A stretch of 63,240 bases of DNA, the filler included, from Aduncisulcus paluster (taxonomy: Eukaryota), in assembly GCA_024181965.1 (NCBI GenBank). It is 13 parts of 13 records of this genome, joined end to end, with 100 filler letters (N's around TTAATTAATTAA, not from the genome) between each part and the next. Parts side by side here need not be neighbours in the genome. Positions count along the whole stretch, not along the records: positions 44,087 to 47,386 come from BQXS01011433.1; positions 47,487 to 55,914 come from BQXS01011434.1; positions 56,015 to 59,343 come from BQXS01011435.1; 10 more parts are not named here. One strand, 5' to 3'. The notes under the pieces are model-generated. The model ran no database searches. It had not been told where the DNA came from and saw only the letters and a program-made list of their open reading frames with translations. A program made the position numbers and the translations under genes. Shown piece by piece: positions 46,757-56,614 of the stretch; positions within the stretch are counted from its first letter, which is position 1; every line of letters begins with the position of its first letter.

Positions 46757-47275
46757 ATGGCCGATCACGCTCCCCAGACAATAGACAAGTATTATGTAAG
46801 AAATCGGTACTGCAAGACCTCAACTACTGGATTACTGCATAAATTCTTGACAAGACAATATAAGGAAGGAGAAGAGGAAGGAAGTTTTGAAGGAGAAGAG
46901 GAAGGAAGTTTTGAAGGAGAAGAGGAAGGAAGTTTTGAAGGAGAAGAGGAAGGAAGTTTTGAAGGAGAAAAGGAATCCTCCTTCGAAGATTGGTGGAGGG
47001 AAATGATGGAGGAAGAAAGGAAGGAAGGAGAAAGAGAAAGTGAAAAGGAAGGAGAAACGGAAGGAGAAAGGGAAAGGAAGGAAAGAGAAGTAGAAGAATG
47101 GTTGTTAGAAACGACCAGACTAAGAAAAGAAGACCGGAAAATTCTTAAACAATCAGATAAGAACCCGCTACAAAGTTTTCGAATTCTCAACAAATATTTG
47201 AATGGAGATGAAGAGGACTCAATTCAAAGTAGCAGTAGTGACACTGATTTCCAATCGTGTTCATCTAAACTGTAA
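46757..47275 (+). CDS. Acidic ORF downstream of the Gypsy pol, containing a 24-bp tandem repeat
   Basis: 172-aa ATG ORF. GAAGGAGAAGAGGAAGGAAGTTTT occurs 4 times plus a partial copy at 46865-46969 (EGEEEGSF). Confidence 0.4.
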   Translation: MADHAPQTIDKYYVRNRYCKTSTTGLLHKFLTRQYKEGEEEGSFEGEEEGSFEGEEEGSFEGEEEGSFEGEKESSFEDWWREMMEEERKEGERESEKEGETEGERERKEREVEEWLLETTRLRKEDRKILKQSDKNPLQSFRILNKYLNGDEEDSIQSSSSDTDFQSCSSKL

Positions 47276-47325
47276 TAAAAATAAAATTTCATAATATACA
47301 ATAAAAACTTTGATAACTTGTCTTA

Positions 47326-47371
47326 CTTCCTTTCTTCCTTCCTTCCTTCCTTCCTTCCTTCTTTCCTTCCT
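47326..47371. repeat. (TTCC)n microsatellite
   Basis: Imperfect TTCC run near the contig end. Confidence 0.85.
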
Positions 47372-47576
47372 TTTTGAACGTTGAACNNNNNNNNNNNNNN
47401 NNNNNNNNNNNNNNNNNNNNNNNNNNNNNNTTAATTAATTAANNNNNNNNNNNNNNNNNNNNNNNNNNNNNNNNNNNNNNNNNNNNCTCTAACTGATTTT
47501 GAGAACTTTGATTTCTGAGCAAGAGAAAATAAATCTGAAAACCAAAAAAAATCAATTCGTTTGTTCTTTTCAGGTG

Positions 47577-47758
47577 TTATTTCTTGATTCCTAATAATTC
47601 AACATCAAATATGAGAGTGGAATCAGGTGGAATAGAATCGCCAGCTCCACGGCCCGTGGCATGGACACCATAACCATAATCAGGATCGATTTGATTACAA
47701 TCGTGGCTCTTTCACCAACACTTAATGTAAGAAAGGCTTCATCCCAACCACTGATAAT
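47577..47758 (-). pseudogene. FKBP-type peptidyl-prolyl isomerase pseudogene fragment (C-terminal half)
   Basis: IISGWDEAFLTLSVGERATIVI then, after a 5-nt insertion, DPDYGYG..RGAGDSIPPDSTLIFDVELLGIKK*. The N-terminal half is replaced by GGAGTT repeats and the dispersed repeat. Confidence 0.85.
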
Positions 47759-47831
47759 CAGGAATTGGCATTGGATATAGAGTTGGAGTTGGAATTGGAG
47801 TTGGAGCGGGAGTTGGAGTTGGGGAGGAGGA

Positions 47832-48041
47832 GGAAATGTCATGTTCCATGAAGCATCAGGGGATTAGATTCGTAGCAGTATACAGACATATGTATACCAT
47901 CGTATTCCGAGTTCTTGATATTTTTGATTGTAAGCAAAAGCAAGTGAAAATAAACAGAAAAGCAAGGATAAGGATAGAAATGAAAAGCAGATATATCTAT
48001 ATTATTGAATAGCATTGAAATCGTTCATAAATGTTTTTAAC
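47832..48041. repeat. Dispersed ~210 bp repeat, copy 2
   Basis: Near-identical to 20902-21112, which is on a different contig. Confidence 0.9.
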
Positions 48042-48349
48042 TTTCCTATCGTGTCTATTGAAGGGTTGTATATTTGGTCATCTATTTTTCCTTGTGTTAA
48101 TAGCAAATTGTATGTTTACTATATATCATAGCTTTTGTTAAATGTACATTAAGAAATATTTTAATTGGATTCATTCAATTATATTCACTATATTGTGCTG
48201 TGTGGTCGTTTCTTGTTCGTTTTGTTCGTTTTGTTAGTTTTGTCTTTGTTTCTCGGACTATTCTCCTTGAAATTGGCAATTATTCTGTTTGTTCACAAAT
48301 ACTATTATTATTCTGCTTGTTTTTATTTTTTAGATAATATTCTATTCAA

Positions 48350-49455
48350 ATGAGTTCATCCACAGATTCTGTTATTCAAACTGTAGAACCTGTGTTTGTT
48401 CATAAAGGACGGTGGTATTGTTGTCCAATCTCCCTCGATGCCCCCAATATTAAGAGTGCGGAGTTTCCAACTATCAAAGCAATAGATGGAACAAGGAAGG
48501 AAGTGATAGATGGTACGATCAGAGTTCTAACGCACAAAATATAATGAAAGGAGGAGGTAATAGCGGACATTTTACCCATATTTCCATTCCTTTCTTTTCA
48601 TCTTCCCCAATGAAAGGGGCGTATATCTGTCTCCATCCAGGAATGTATTCTTCAACTCCATCGCATCTTATCTTCACTCTCACATCTTCAAAGGGTGATA
48701 AAACATCCAAAAAATACGAATTTCCTGGATTCTATCCTTATTGTTGGTATTTCCTTCCTGTTGATCTCCCTGATGTTGTTCTGTGTGAGATTACAGGGAA
48801 AGGAAGAAAGGAAGAGTGTTTTAGAATCGAATCCCTTATTTTCATTAGTAGAGAAGAAATCTCTGAAGAAATCAAATCTCGTGAAGCCAGAGAGAAACTA
48901 TGGTCTGAAGCTCCAGTTGTGAAACCAGAGTTTGTTAAGGAAGGAGATGAAGAATCTGAAGGTAGAGCTTCTATACCCATTCTACGTGATGATCCAAAGC
49001 TTGTAGATCCTTCATTCTCAATGGTTAAGTGCAAGAATGATGCGTATTGTAAGGAATCTAAGTATTATGATCGGAGTTCAAAAGCACAAAGAATGTTAAA
49101 AGGAGAAGACAAAGTATGGTTATCCCATATTTCCATCCCTTTCCCATCACCTAATCCCATGAAAGGTGCTTATATTTGTGTGAGGAAGGATCATAGTTCA
49201 CCCTCTCTTCTCTTCACTTTCACTGATTGTGATGGTAAGAAGACATCCAAGAAGTATGAATTTACATGTCCTAAACATCAGTATCAATGGCACTTCCTTC
49301 CTATTGATTTGGATAATATCGTATTGTGTGAGATTGAAGGGAAAGGAAGGTGGTGTAATAAGAATAGTCGATATTTCTGGATTTTCTCCCTAGTTTTTAC
49401 CCTGCCAGAGGAAACTATTGCAGCTGAACGATTATCTCTACTTCCATGGAAATAA
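48350..49455 (+). pseudogene. Lineage-specific two-repeat protein ('HISIPF..SPMKGAYIC' family), frameshifted near 48500
   Basis: Two ~150-aa units share V.P.FV, AQ.M.KG, HISIPF, PMKGAYIC, FT.T...G.KTSKKYEF and W.FLP.DL..VLCEI.GKG. A 1-nt deletion near AAGGAAGTGATAGATGG would join ORF 48350 to ORF 48544 via DRWYDQSSNAQNIMKG. Confidence 0.7.
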
Positions 49456-50799
49456 TTCAAGGATAATGATATTGTCTGTAAATGCTATTCTTTCATGAAG
49501 GAGATCCTGCATTTCGATGCCATTTCTCAGATTGCGTAGAGTGGGGGACTTTGTTCAATTTTCTATATCTCTTAAAATAACTCACTGCTATTGCTCCAAA
49601 GGTGATGGATATGCTTGCCCAATGTGATGCTGAACATGTAACAACTCATCATCGAAATTCAAATTTTCCAATATTTGCATGTTCCTGTCGGGCATTGAAA
49701 AAACTAACCCACATTTATAACATTGTTACTCAATATATACCTGCTTTATGGAATATGCATGCAGTTTGAAATGGTTTGTTCTATTTTTAGAATTTCTATT
49801 TTTAGAATTCAGATTTTTGAATTGGATTGTTTTGCCTGAAAAAAACATTAATAGGTAGAATTACAAAGTTTTTTTTGGGTTACTTGTCTGTATTTTCTCT
49901 TTGATCCATGTTCAACATGTTGAGTCGGTTAAATTCAAGTTTTTCGTGATTTTTTCTCATCAGATAATTAGAACATTAGAATACCATCAAGGTATTTTTT
50001 CTCTTTTGGTGTCAGGATTTGCTTCTCACATCTATATCCTCTTCATGGAGTTTTCTCTTCAAACAGTAACTTTGCCTCTGTATTACCCTTTCAAAAGAAT
50101 TCATGTTGCCTCAAATGTTCTCCTCTTCCTCTAATTTGATTCCAATAGAGCGATCTTCCTTCTATATTGAAGACCATGAATAAAATCGGTTAGAATCCAA
50201 CTTGGATCGTATCATCTATCTGAAGAAGCAATGAATTGTTCAAGAATGAGATTATCATCTCAAGGTTTTCAAAAAGGTGTATTATTTTCAACTGTAGTGG
50301 TGTAAGGTTTTAAAACTGGTTTGACCTCTATACCATAAAAGGCCTATTCCAGATATGGTGACCCTTACACCACTACACAACAACAAGATCAGTTTTCATA
50401 GCATCATGAATCATGATGTCATCACGCATGTTAGCTGAGCTAATAGCTCTATTTTACTCGCCTTTTGTCCTTTCAGATAAATTATCTGAGATAATCACTA
50501 AATTGAAGAGATCACCAATATCTTGAGTTTATTTAATTTGGTGGACTCAACTTCAATCAAAACGAAGAAATTGTTTTAATTTCCCGCAAAAACGTCACAT
50601 TCAAATTCAGTAACAAGTATTTTCATGCTCCACTAGTGGAAATTGGAGCTGAACATCTATATTTAGAAATTCTATTTTTAGAACACACATTTTTAAATCT
50701 GTTTAAAATTGGGTAAATCTCGGAAAATATTGATAAATAGCAGTGTTATTGTTTGTCTTTGACTTCCAATTCTTAAAGACACAACTCAGAAGCCACATA

Positions 50800-50945
50800 T
50801 TCTCATGATACGTATAGGAAGATGAAGAGATAGGAATGAAGATATGGGTAAATGCCACTATTAAACTCTTCTTTCATTGTACCTTGTACTCTAGAACTCT
50901 GACCGTACTCTTCACCGAATTTCCTGGATTCATCATTGCAATAAA
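50800..50945 (-). pseudogene. Decayed fragment of the same two-repeat family, in inverted orientation
   Basis: The reverse complement GTACGGTCAGAGTTCTAGAGTACAAGGTACAATGAAAGAAGAGTTTAATAGTGGCATTTACCCATATCTTCATTCC resembles 48513-48610. Confidence 0.7.
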
Positions 50946-51088
50946 CAAATCATCACACAAAAACAATATTTCTTCCTTCCTCACATCTAACATTTAAAGG
51001 ATATTTCATCGATGTGTATCCTATTTTTAGAAATTCTATTCTAATAGAATTGAAACTTACTAACTCAATAACATTTATCACGTAAACA

Positions 51089-53797
51089 TCATTTTTGAAC
51101 AGAAATATAAGCCAATCTTTGTCTTATCAGTCTTGATTCTTCCAATGACAAACAACATGATCGTTTAAAGCTTCGCCACACAGCTTCTCTCGCTGTTTCA
51201 TTCAAACATCCCAAGACACATCGTATCACAGCACATGATGCAGCAATAATCTTTGTATCCGAGTGGCTATCATGCTTGGATTCATGTGAACATCCATACT
51301 TGAGAATCGAACATTGAGACACCATTAGTAGAGCACACATAGTCGCTATCAACTTCTCTCCATACTTCGCATTACAAATAGAGATGGAAAAAGAGAGTAG
51401 AGGAAGCAAAGATATACTCAAAAAACAGAATGGCCGCTTCTTAGTGGATGAAGATCGCTTGAGTTCCTCAAGATGATTCAGAACAGGAGTAGGAGCGAAC
51501 GAGTGGGAATAGTATTGCCTCAAACAAGGAGTTCTAGACACCGAACATCCACATGGACACTGTGATACGTCAGATAAATAATATCCAGCCTGCTTGCCAT
51601 CAGACTTTCCAGATTCTTTTGATATCGATTTAGGAAATAACATCGAAGCTGGTCTTTCCCCCAAAGATTTGTCACGAATACCACCAATACTGACCCAAAG
51701 TTGTTCATTATCAATCAAATCTAAAAATATCGATTCGGACACTGACTTACGTCCAATTCCAAAAATAGATCCGAAATCGAATGATGACAGTTTCTCCATC
51801 TTTGAAGACACAGAAGGCGAACGAAAATCAACCTTCCCTGAGGAAATATGATGTGATAGTTGACACTGAATGGATTGAATGCGACCAAGGATGACCGATT
51901 CGGATTGAAAAATGTTGACGATCTCACTTCCAGCTTTTGAGATTTTTTCGTGAGATTCCTTGTTCTTGTGAGTTTCCCCTTCATCCCTCACCCATTCGGG
52001 TATTCCATCAAACTGCAGTAAACAGAAACAACACTCAACTTGAATGATATTCTCACAAACAGATAATAATAAATCACACGACGAGGATGAATAGTGAGTT
52101 TGAACAACACTAGAAGTTGCAATTGAGGAGCTAAAATCTTCATCTTTCTGTTGACAATATACAGAATCAGAGGCAGTTCCACACAGTGATCCACAGGTTA
52201 CCCACTTCAGACACGTTTGACAATACATCACAGCCAACGACAACTGAGAAAGGATAGACTGACGTTTATCATGGAGAGAAATGAGGTCAAACAAACTCAA
52301 CGCATATATTTGATCACGTTCTGCCTTGAGAATTGTCGTATCTACCGATATTCTTTCGTTAATTTGTTCCCATTCATGCATCCACTTTCTTTTGTTGACA
52401 ACATACGTCACAGTTTCTCTAAAACATGCTTTTGAACAAGCAGAACACCCCTTTAACACGAAAGATAACAAACCTTGGAAGATATTATCGGAGCTTGAGG
52501 ATGGGGAACACATGCATATGGGATATTTAATCTTCGCTAACACCCGTAAAAGAGCTTGTTGATCCACCATTGAACGCTGAGTCTTTTTCTGACGAAGAAT
52601 TGCAGATAGAGAGAGAGCACCAGGAACAACAGATTGAAACAAATCGCTCGTTCCATCTCCAAGAATCATTCGCGAATCTGGAATTTCTTCATTGCTTCTT
52701 AGTATAATTCTAAAAATAGAATCTGAGAGAGATGATAAACACAATCTTCTCAAGGGAAATGAATCACACAATAGGCATCTGGAAATAAGAGAGAGAAAAA
52801 CAGAAGTTGACGAGGCCAAGAGTTTATCAATGATAGTAACACCCGACTTTGATGATTTCTGTTGTTGTATTATTGATGGAGTCGAATTGACTGAGCTTGA
52901 AGGACAAATACTACTTAGACAGACAGAGCAGAGTCGGATGGCACAAGCTCGTTCAGAAACATCCCTTTGCAACAAAATAGCAATCAAATTCATTAAAAAA
53001 GAAGAGTTACCCTCAATTCTCCTTGTGAACAATTGAATCGGAGAAAATACAAGGGATTTTTCGTGTGGGAATGGGCAACAAAGGATCAAGAGAGAGGTTG
53101 TAGGATCAGGAGAATGTAAAAACAATAAAATGAAGAGAAATACAAACTTTTCCATAATATTAGACGGATAAGAGTCTGAAAAATTGGCTGAAATGGTTGG
53201 ATAATAGGTAAAACGGATAGGTTCGCTGATTGGTTTAGAAGAAGAACTCTTATTGGAAGCCTTTTTCACTGTAAGACCCGAATAATCCTCAAAATCATCA
53301 GATTCAGAATCAAAATACTCGAAAGAGATTGATTTTCGTGAGCCAATTTCAGATTCATCGCAGGAAGATTCATGGGATTCTTTGTAAGGATCATCTTCAC
53401 ACGATTCATTATTATTATTAATTTGGATTAAAAAATCACCAGAAATAACCGAAAGAAATGTGTGAAGAAGAGAGGATATATCAGTAATTGAAACTACGAA
53501 GAGGTGAATTAAGGAAAAACAAAGTTGTTGGTCGATCCAATCTTGGAGAAAAATATAACACATCAATGAAAGGATACTTGGAAACAAGGAAGAAGATTGG
53601 ATATTCGAGAGTTGAATAACATCAAGCAATACCGTTACTCTCTGGTTGTCTTTATGGTAAACTGAAAGGGACAAATCTTCATAAAGATTTGATACCAATT
53701 GTTCTTCACCTTCTTTTGAAAGCAATTCATCGGAGGAATTCTTTGACAGAGTATGTTTTTGCTGGATTAGTTGACTCGGAGAATAATGATAAGACAT
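51089..53797 (-). CDS. Large hypothetical Ser/Leu/Cys-rich alpha-helical (possibly HEAT/ARM) protein
   Basis: Uninterrupted ORF of more than 900 codons with no recognisable motif. The start is uncertain (ATG near 53797, MSYHYSP; ORF track starts at 53896). Confidence 0.6.
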   Translation of the reverse strand: MSYHYSPSQLIQQKHTLSKNSSDELLSKEGEEQLVSNLYEDLSLSVYHKDNQRVTVLLDVIQLSNIQSSSLFPSILSLMCYIFLQDWIDQQLCFSLIHLFVVSITDISSLLHTFLSVISGDFLIQINNNNESCEDDPYKESHESSCDESEIGSRKSISFEYFDSESDDFEDYSGLTVKKASNKSSSSKPISEPIRFTYYPTISANFSDSYPSNIMEKFVFLFILLFLHSPDPTTSLLILCCPFPHEKSLVFSPIQLFTRRIEGNSSFLMNLIAILLQRDVSERACAIRLCSVCLSSICPSSSVNSTPSIIQQQKSSKSGVTIIDKLLASSTSVFLSLISRCLLCDSFPLRRLCLSSLSDSIFRIILRSNEEIPDSRMILGDGTSDLFQSVVPGALSLSAILRQKKTQRSMVDQQALLRVLAKIKYPICMCSPSSSSDNIFQGLLSFVLKGCSACSKACFRETVTYVVNKRKWMHEWEQINERISVDTTILKAERDQIYALSLFDLISLHDKRQSILSQLSLAVMYCQTCLKWVTCGSLCGTASDSVYCQQKDEDFSSSIATSSVVQTHYSSSSCDLLLSVCENIIQVECCFCLLQFDGIPEWVRDEGETHKNKESHEKISKAGSEIVNIFQSESVILGRIQSIQCQLSHHISSGKVDFRSPSVSSKMEKLSSFDFGSIFGIGRKSVSESIFLDLIDNEQLWVSIGGIRDKSLGERPASMLFPKSISKESGKSDGKQAGYYLSDVSQCPCGCSVSRTPCLRQYYSHSFAPTPVLNHLEELKRSSSTKKRPFCFLSISLLPLLSFSISICNAKYGEKLIATMCALLMVSQCSILKYGCSHESKHDSHSDTKIIAASCAVIRCVLGCLNETAREAVWRSFKRSCCLSLEESRLIRQRLAYISVQK

Positions 53798-54128
53798 TCC
53801 TAACAATATGTTTGTGATATTTTTACAGCAATATATTTCAATGGAAACAAAAATTAATCGAATCATCGAAAGAGTAGGAAGATTGGTGGAAAACAATATT
53901 GGGAGTTAAGATTCAAATATTTTCTAGTATTAGTTGAATAATATCATTTAACATCACCCTAAAATGAGTTTTACTCATTTTTCACGTCCTATAATATGAT
54001 GTATTTGCAGCAAAGACGATTTTTTATTTATTTTTGCTGGAAGTTGAAAATAACAAAGAAGACATGTCAAAAGTATTAAAATAGAGATAAAATAAAAACA
54101 ATTGGCTAAATTTATTGAATAATTAACA

Positions 54129-55340
54129 TTACTCCATCTTACGGGGCTTCTTTCTCTCAACAATCTTATCGAGGATACGAGCAGAGTCCTTAAACCTAGT
54201 GATCATCATCATAGAAGCAATGATGTAAGGTTTCCACTGAGCTTCCTTGTACATGGCAACACGATGGCGGTCAAAGACAGAAGCAGCGAATTCACCATGC
54301 TTGCAAGAAACACCGGTGATATCAGCAGGGAGACAGTGCATGGCGAGACAGTCAGGAGTGTCAGCACCAGGCTTAGTGAGCTTGGCAAGTTCTTCAGTGT
54401 ATTCCCAATCCATATGCTTGGCATTCTCAGCAAGAGCTTTCTTTTCGAGCTCATCCATCTGAGGGGTACCATCAGCAAATCCAGCATCGATGAGGGCAGC
54501 CTTCTCGATCATGACAGAGGCAGGGGCCCAGGACTTGACGTAAGCGACATCAGCATCCTTGAGTCCAGGCTCCATAGAAGAGTGGACAGAGAGCTTTCCA
54601 CCGCCAATCTCAGCCTGCTTCTTGGCCTCTTCCATAACGTGGGGAAGGAGGTCGTAACCCTCAGGGTAACAGAGGTGAACATCAGCTCCGAATCTGGGTA
54701 ACAAGGCGATGATTCCTTGAGGAACAGAAAGAGGCTTACCGTATGAAGGACTGTAACCCCATGACATGCAGATCTTCTTTCCCTTAAGATTCTCAACGCC
54801 ACCGAAATGGTCGACGAGGTGAGCAAGATCACTCATAGATTGAGTAGGATGGTCCTCATCACATTGAAGGTTAACGATAGAGGGACGTTGGGGGAGAACT
54901 CCTTCTTTGAATCCAGCGTCAACGGACTTGGCAACTTCAACCTGGTAGGTGTGACCTTTACCAACAAATTTATCGTCACGGATACCAATGACCTCAGTAA
55001 GGAAGGAGATCATGTTGGAGGTTTCACGGACGGTTTCTCCATGGGCAATCTGAGATTTTTTCTCATCAAGATCAGACACAGTGAGACCAAGGAGAGTAGC
55101 GGCCTTTGCAAAAGAGAAACGGGTACGAGTGGAGTTGTCACGGAATTGAGACACAGCAAGAGCACCGGAGAAACAGGAACAGTCAATGTTCTCTTTGTAG
55201 AGGATCTTAAGAGCCTCAGCGATCTCAAGAGTAGCATGGATCTCGTCTTGAGTTAAATCCCAGGTACGGAGCCAATCTTTGTCGTAAAGATCAATTTTAC
55301 GAGCTCTAAGAGTTTCAATAATCTTCTTAACCTTCTCCAT
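54129..55340 (-). CDS. ygeW: Knotted carbamoyltransferase, YgeW family (bacterial type)
   Basis: FRDNSTRTRFSF, SQIAHGETVRET, IGIRDD, NLQCDEDHPTQSMSD, WGYSPSYGKPLSVPQG, YVKSWAP, MHCLPADITGVSCKHGE and KPYIIASM are YgeW-specific extensions of the STRT/HPTQ/HCLP carbamoyltransferase motifs. Confidence 0.92.
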   Translation of the reverse strand: MEKVKKIIETLRARKIDLYDKDWLRTWDLTQDEIHATLEIAEALKILYKENIDCSCFSGALAVSQFRDNSTRTRFSFAKAATLLGLTVSDLDEKKSQIAHGETVRETSNMISFLTEVIGIRDDKFVGKGHTYQVEVAKSVDAGFKEGVLPQRPSIVNLQCDEDHPTQSMSDLAHLVDHFGGVENLKGKKICMSWGYSPSYGKPLSVPQGIIALLPRFGADVHLCYPEGYDLLPHVMEEAKKQAEIGGGKLSVHSSMEPGLKDADVAYVKSWAPASVMIEKAALIDAGFADGTPQMDELEKKALAENAKHMDWEYTEELAKLTKPGADTPDCLAMHCLPADITGVSCKHGEFAASVFDRHRVAMYKEAQWKPYIIASMMMITRFKDSARILDKIVERKKPRKME

Positions 55341-55672
55341 TGTAACAAAAACTGGAATAATTTTGTAGACTTTCTATGAATACTGCTTCATCACAGTCAA
55401 TGGAAACCTTTTCAAACCAATAACAAATTCAAAACAATAATATGATATAAATTCATCCAGCTTTACGTCAATATTTTTCTCATTTTCGTCACAAGAACCC
55501 GACAGGGGTTCAAACTCAAAATAAAGGAAAAATAAGGTGGCATAAAGATATTTTATTGTTTGGAATATCAGTGACGCAAAATAAATATAAAAAAATTCTC
55601 AAAAACAAAAGATATCATCTCCAATGATTATCAAGGGAAGATGGCTCATCAACCTCGGGATAATGGACAAAA

Positions 55673-55914
55673 TTAGAAAGGTTTGAAGGTCCATCCGCAT
55701 GCTAGACCAGCGGCAAAACCAAGAACGACAAGGGCAATCATTAAAATGATGGTTGAGGGAGTAATAGTTTTCACAACAATGGGTTGAGAATGACTATGAG
55801 GCTTTTCTTGTGGAATGGAGTCCGAGACAGGGACAGGTTTAATTTGAGAAGATCTTCCAGACATTGGTATTTCGTATACGGGCAAAAAAAGATCTGTCAC
55901 AAATCGAAACAACA
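55673..55914 (-). CDS. C-terminal fragment of a protein with a C-terminal transmembrane anchor (5'-partial)
   Basis: Frame is open from the contig end; hydrophobic TIILMIALVVLGFAAGLACGW lies just before the stop. Confidence 0.5.
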
Positions 55915-56614
55915 NNNNNNNNNNNNNNNNNNNNNNNNNNNNNNNNNNNNNNNNNNNNTTAATTAATTAANNNNNNNNNNNNNNNNNNNNNNNNNNNNNN
56001 NNNNNNNNNNNNNNGAGAAAAGACAAAAACAAGCCAGGCGTCTATACAGAACCGTCAGAGAAGCAAAATAAAGCCTGAGATTTCGATTCATTAATAAAAT
56101 AGAAAATGTATATTTAAACAAAAAAATAATTAATATTATTCGGTAATTATAAAGCAAAAAGCATTTCGATAAATTGGCAATCCGAGATTTTAATTTAAGA
56201 CAAAGAATAGTATTAAAGGAATATAACAAAAAAATTATTCAAAATTTTGACATTAATTGGACTGGACATCAAAGTTAGATAAGACATATTGGTATTCGAT
56301 ACACAAACAAAAGAATAAATATTAAATGAAAAATGTTTGGAAACAAAACAAAACAAACAAAAAATGTTGGGTGGGTTTCCAATTCAAAAAGAAGAAAAAC
56401 ATAATAATAATAATAGCGAGCCATAAATCCGGAAGAAAGAAGAAGAATACACAAGTCAACAAAAGTCAGAAATGAGCTAAAAATAGTTATTGGGCTAAAA
56501 ATAGAGCTGAGAGGATCAGAGACGAAGGGTGAAGATATGGATGTATGCTATAAAATAATTTGTTTGTCTGAGGAATAGTCAAAATTCAAATATAAATTGT
56601 CAAATCTGCCCAAA

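Noticed and set aside
46865-46969. 24-bp repeats as a possible CRISPR-like array
   Set aside because: Contiguous tandem units with no spacers, in a eukaryotic context with no cas genes.
49900-50350. Possible decayed Gag-like coding remnant on the minus strand (..WILTDFIHGLQ..)
   Set aside because: Multiple stops and too little similarity to support a call.
54129-55340. Annotation as ordinary ornithine carbamoyltransferase of the arginine deiminase pathway
   Set aside because: It lacks the OTC SMG motif and carries the YgeW-specific YSPSYGKPLSVPQG and HCLPADITGVSC motifs.
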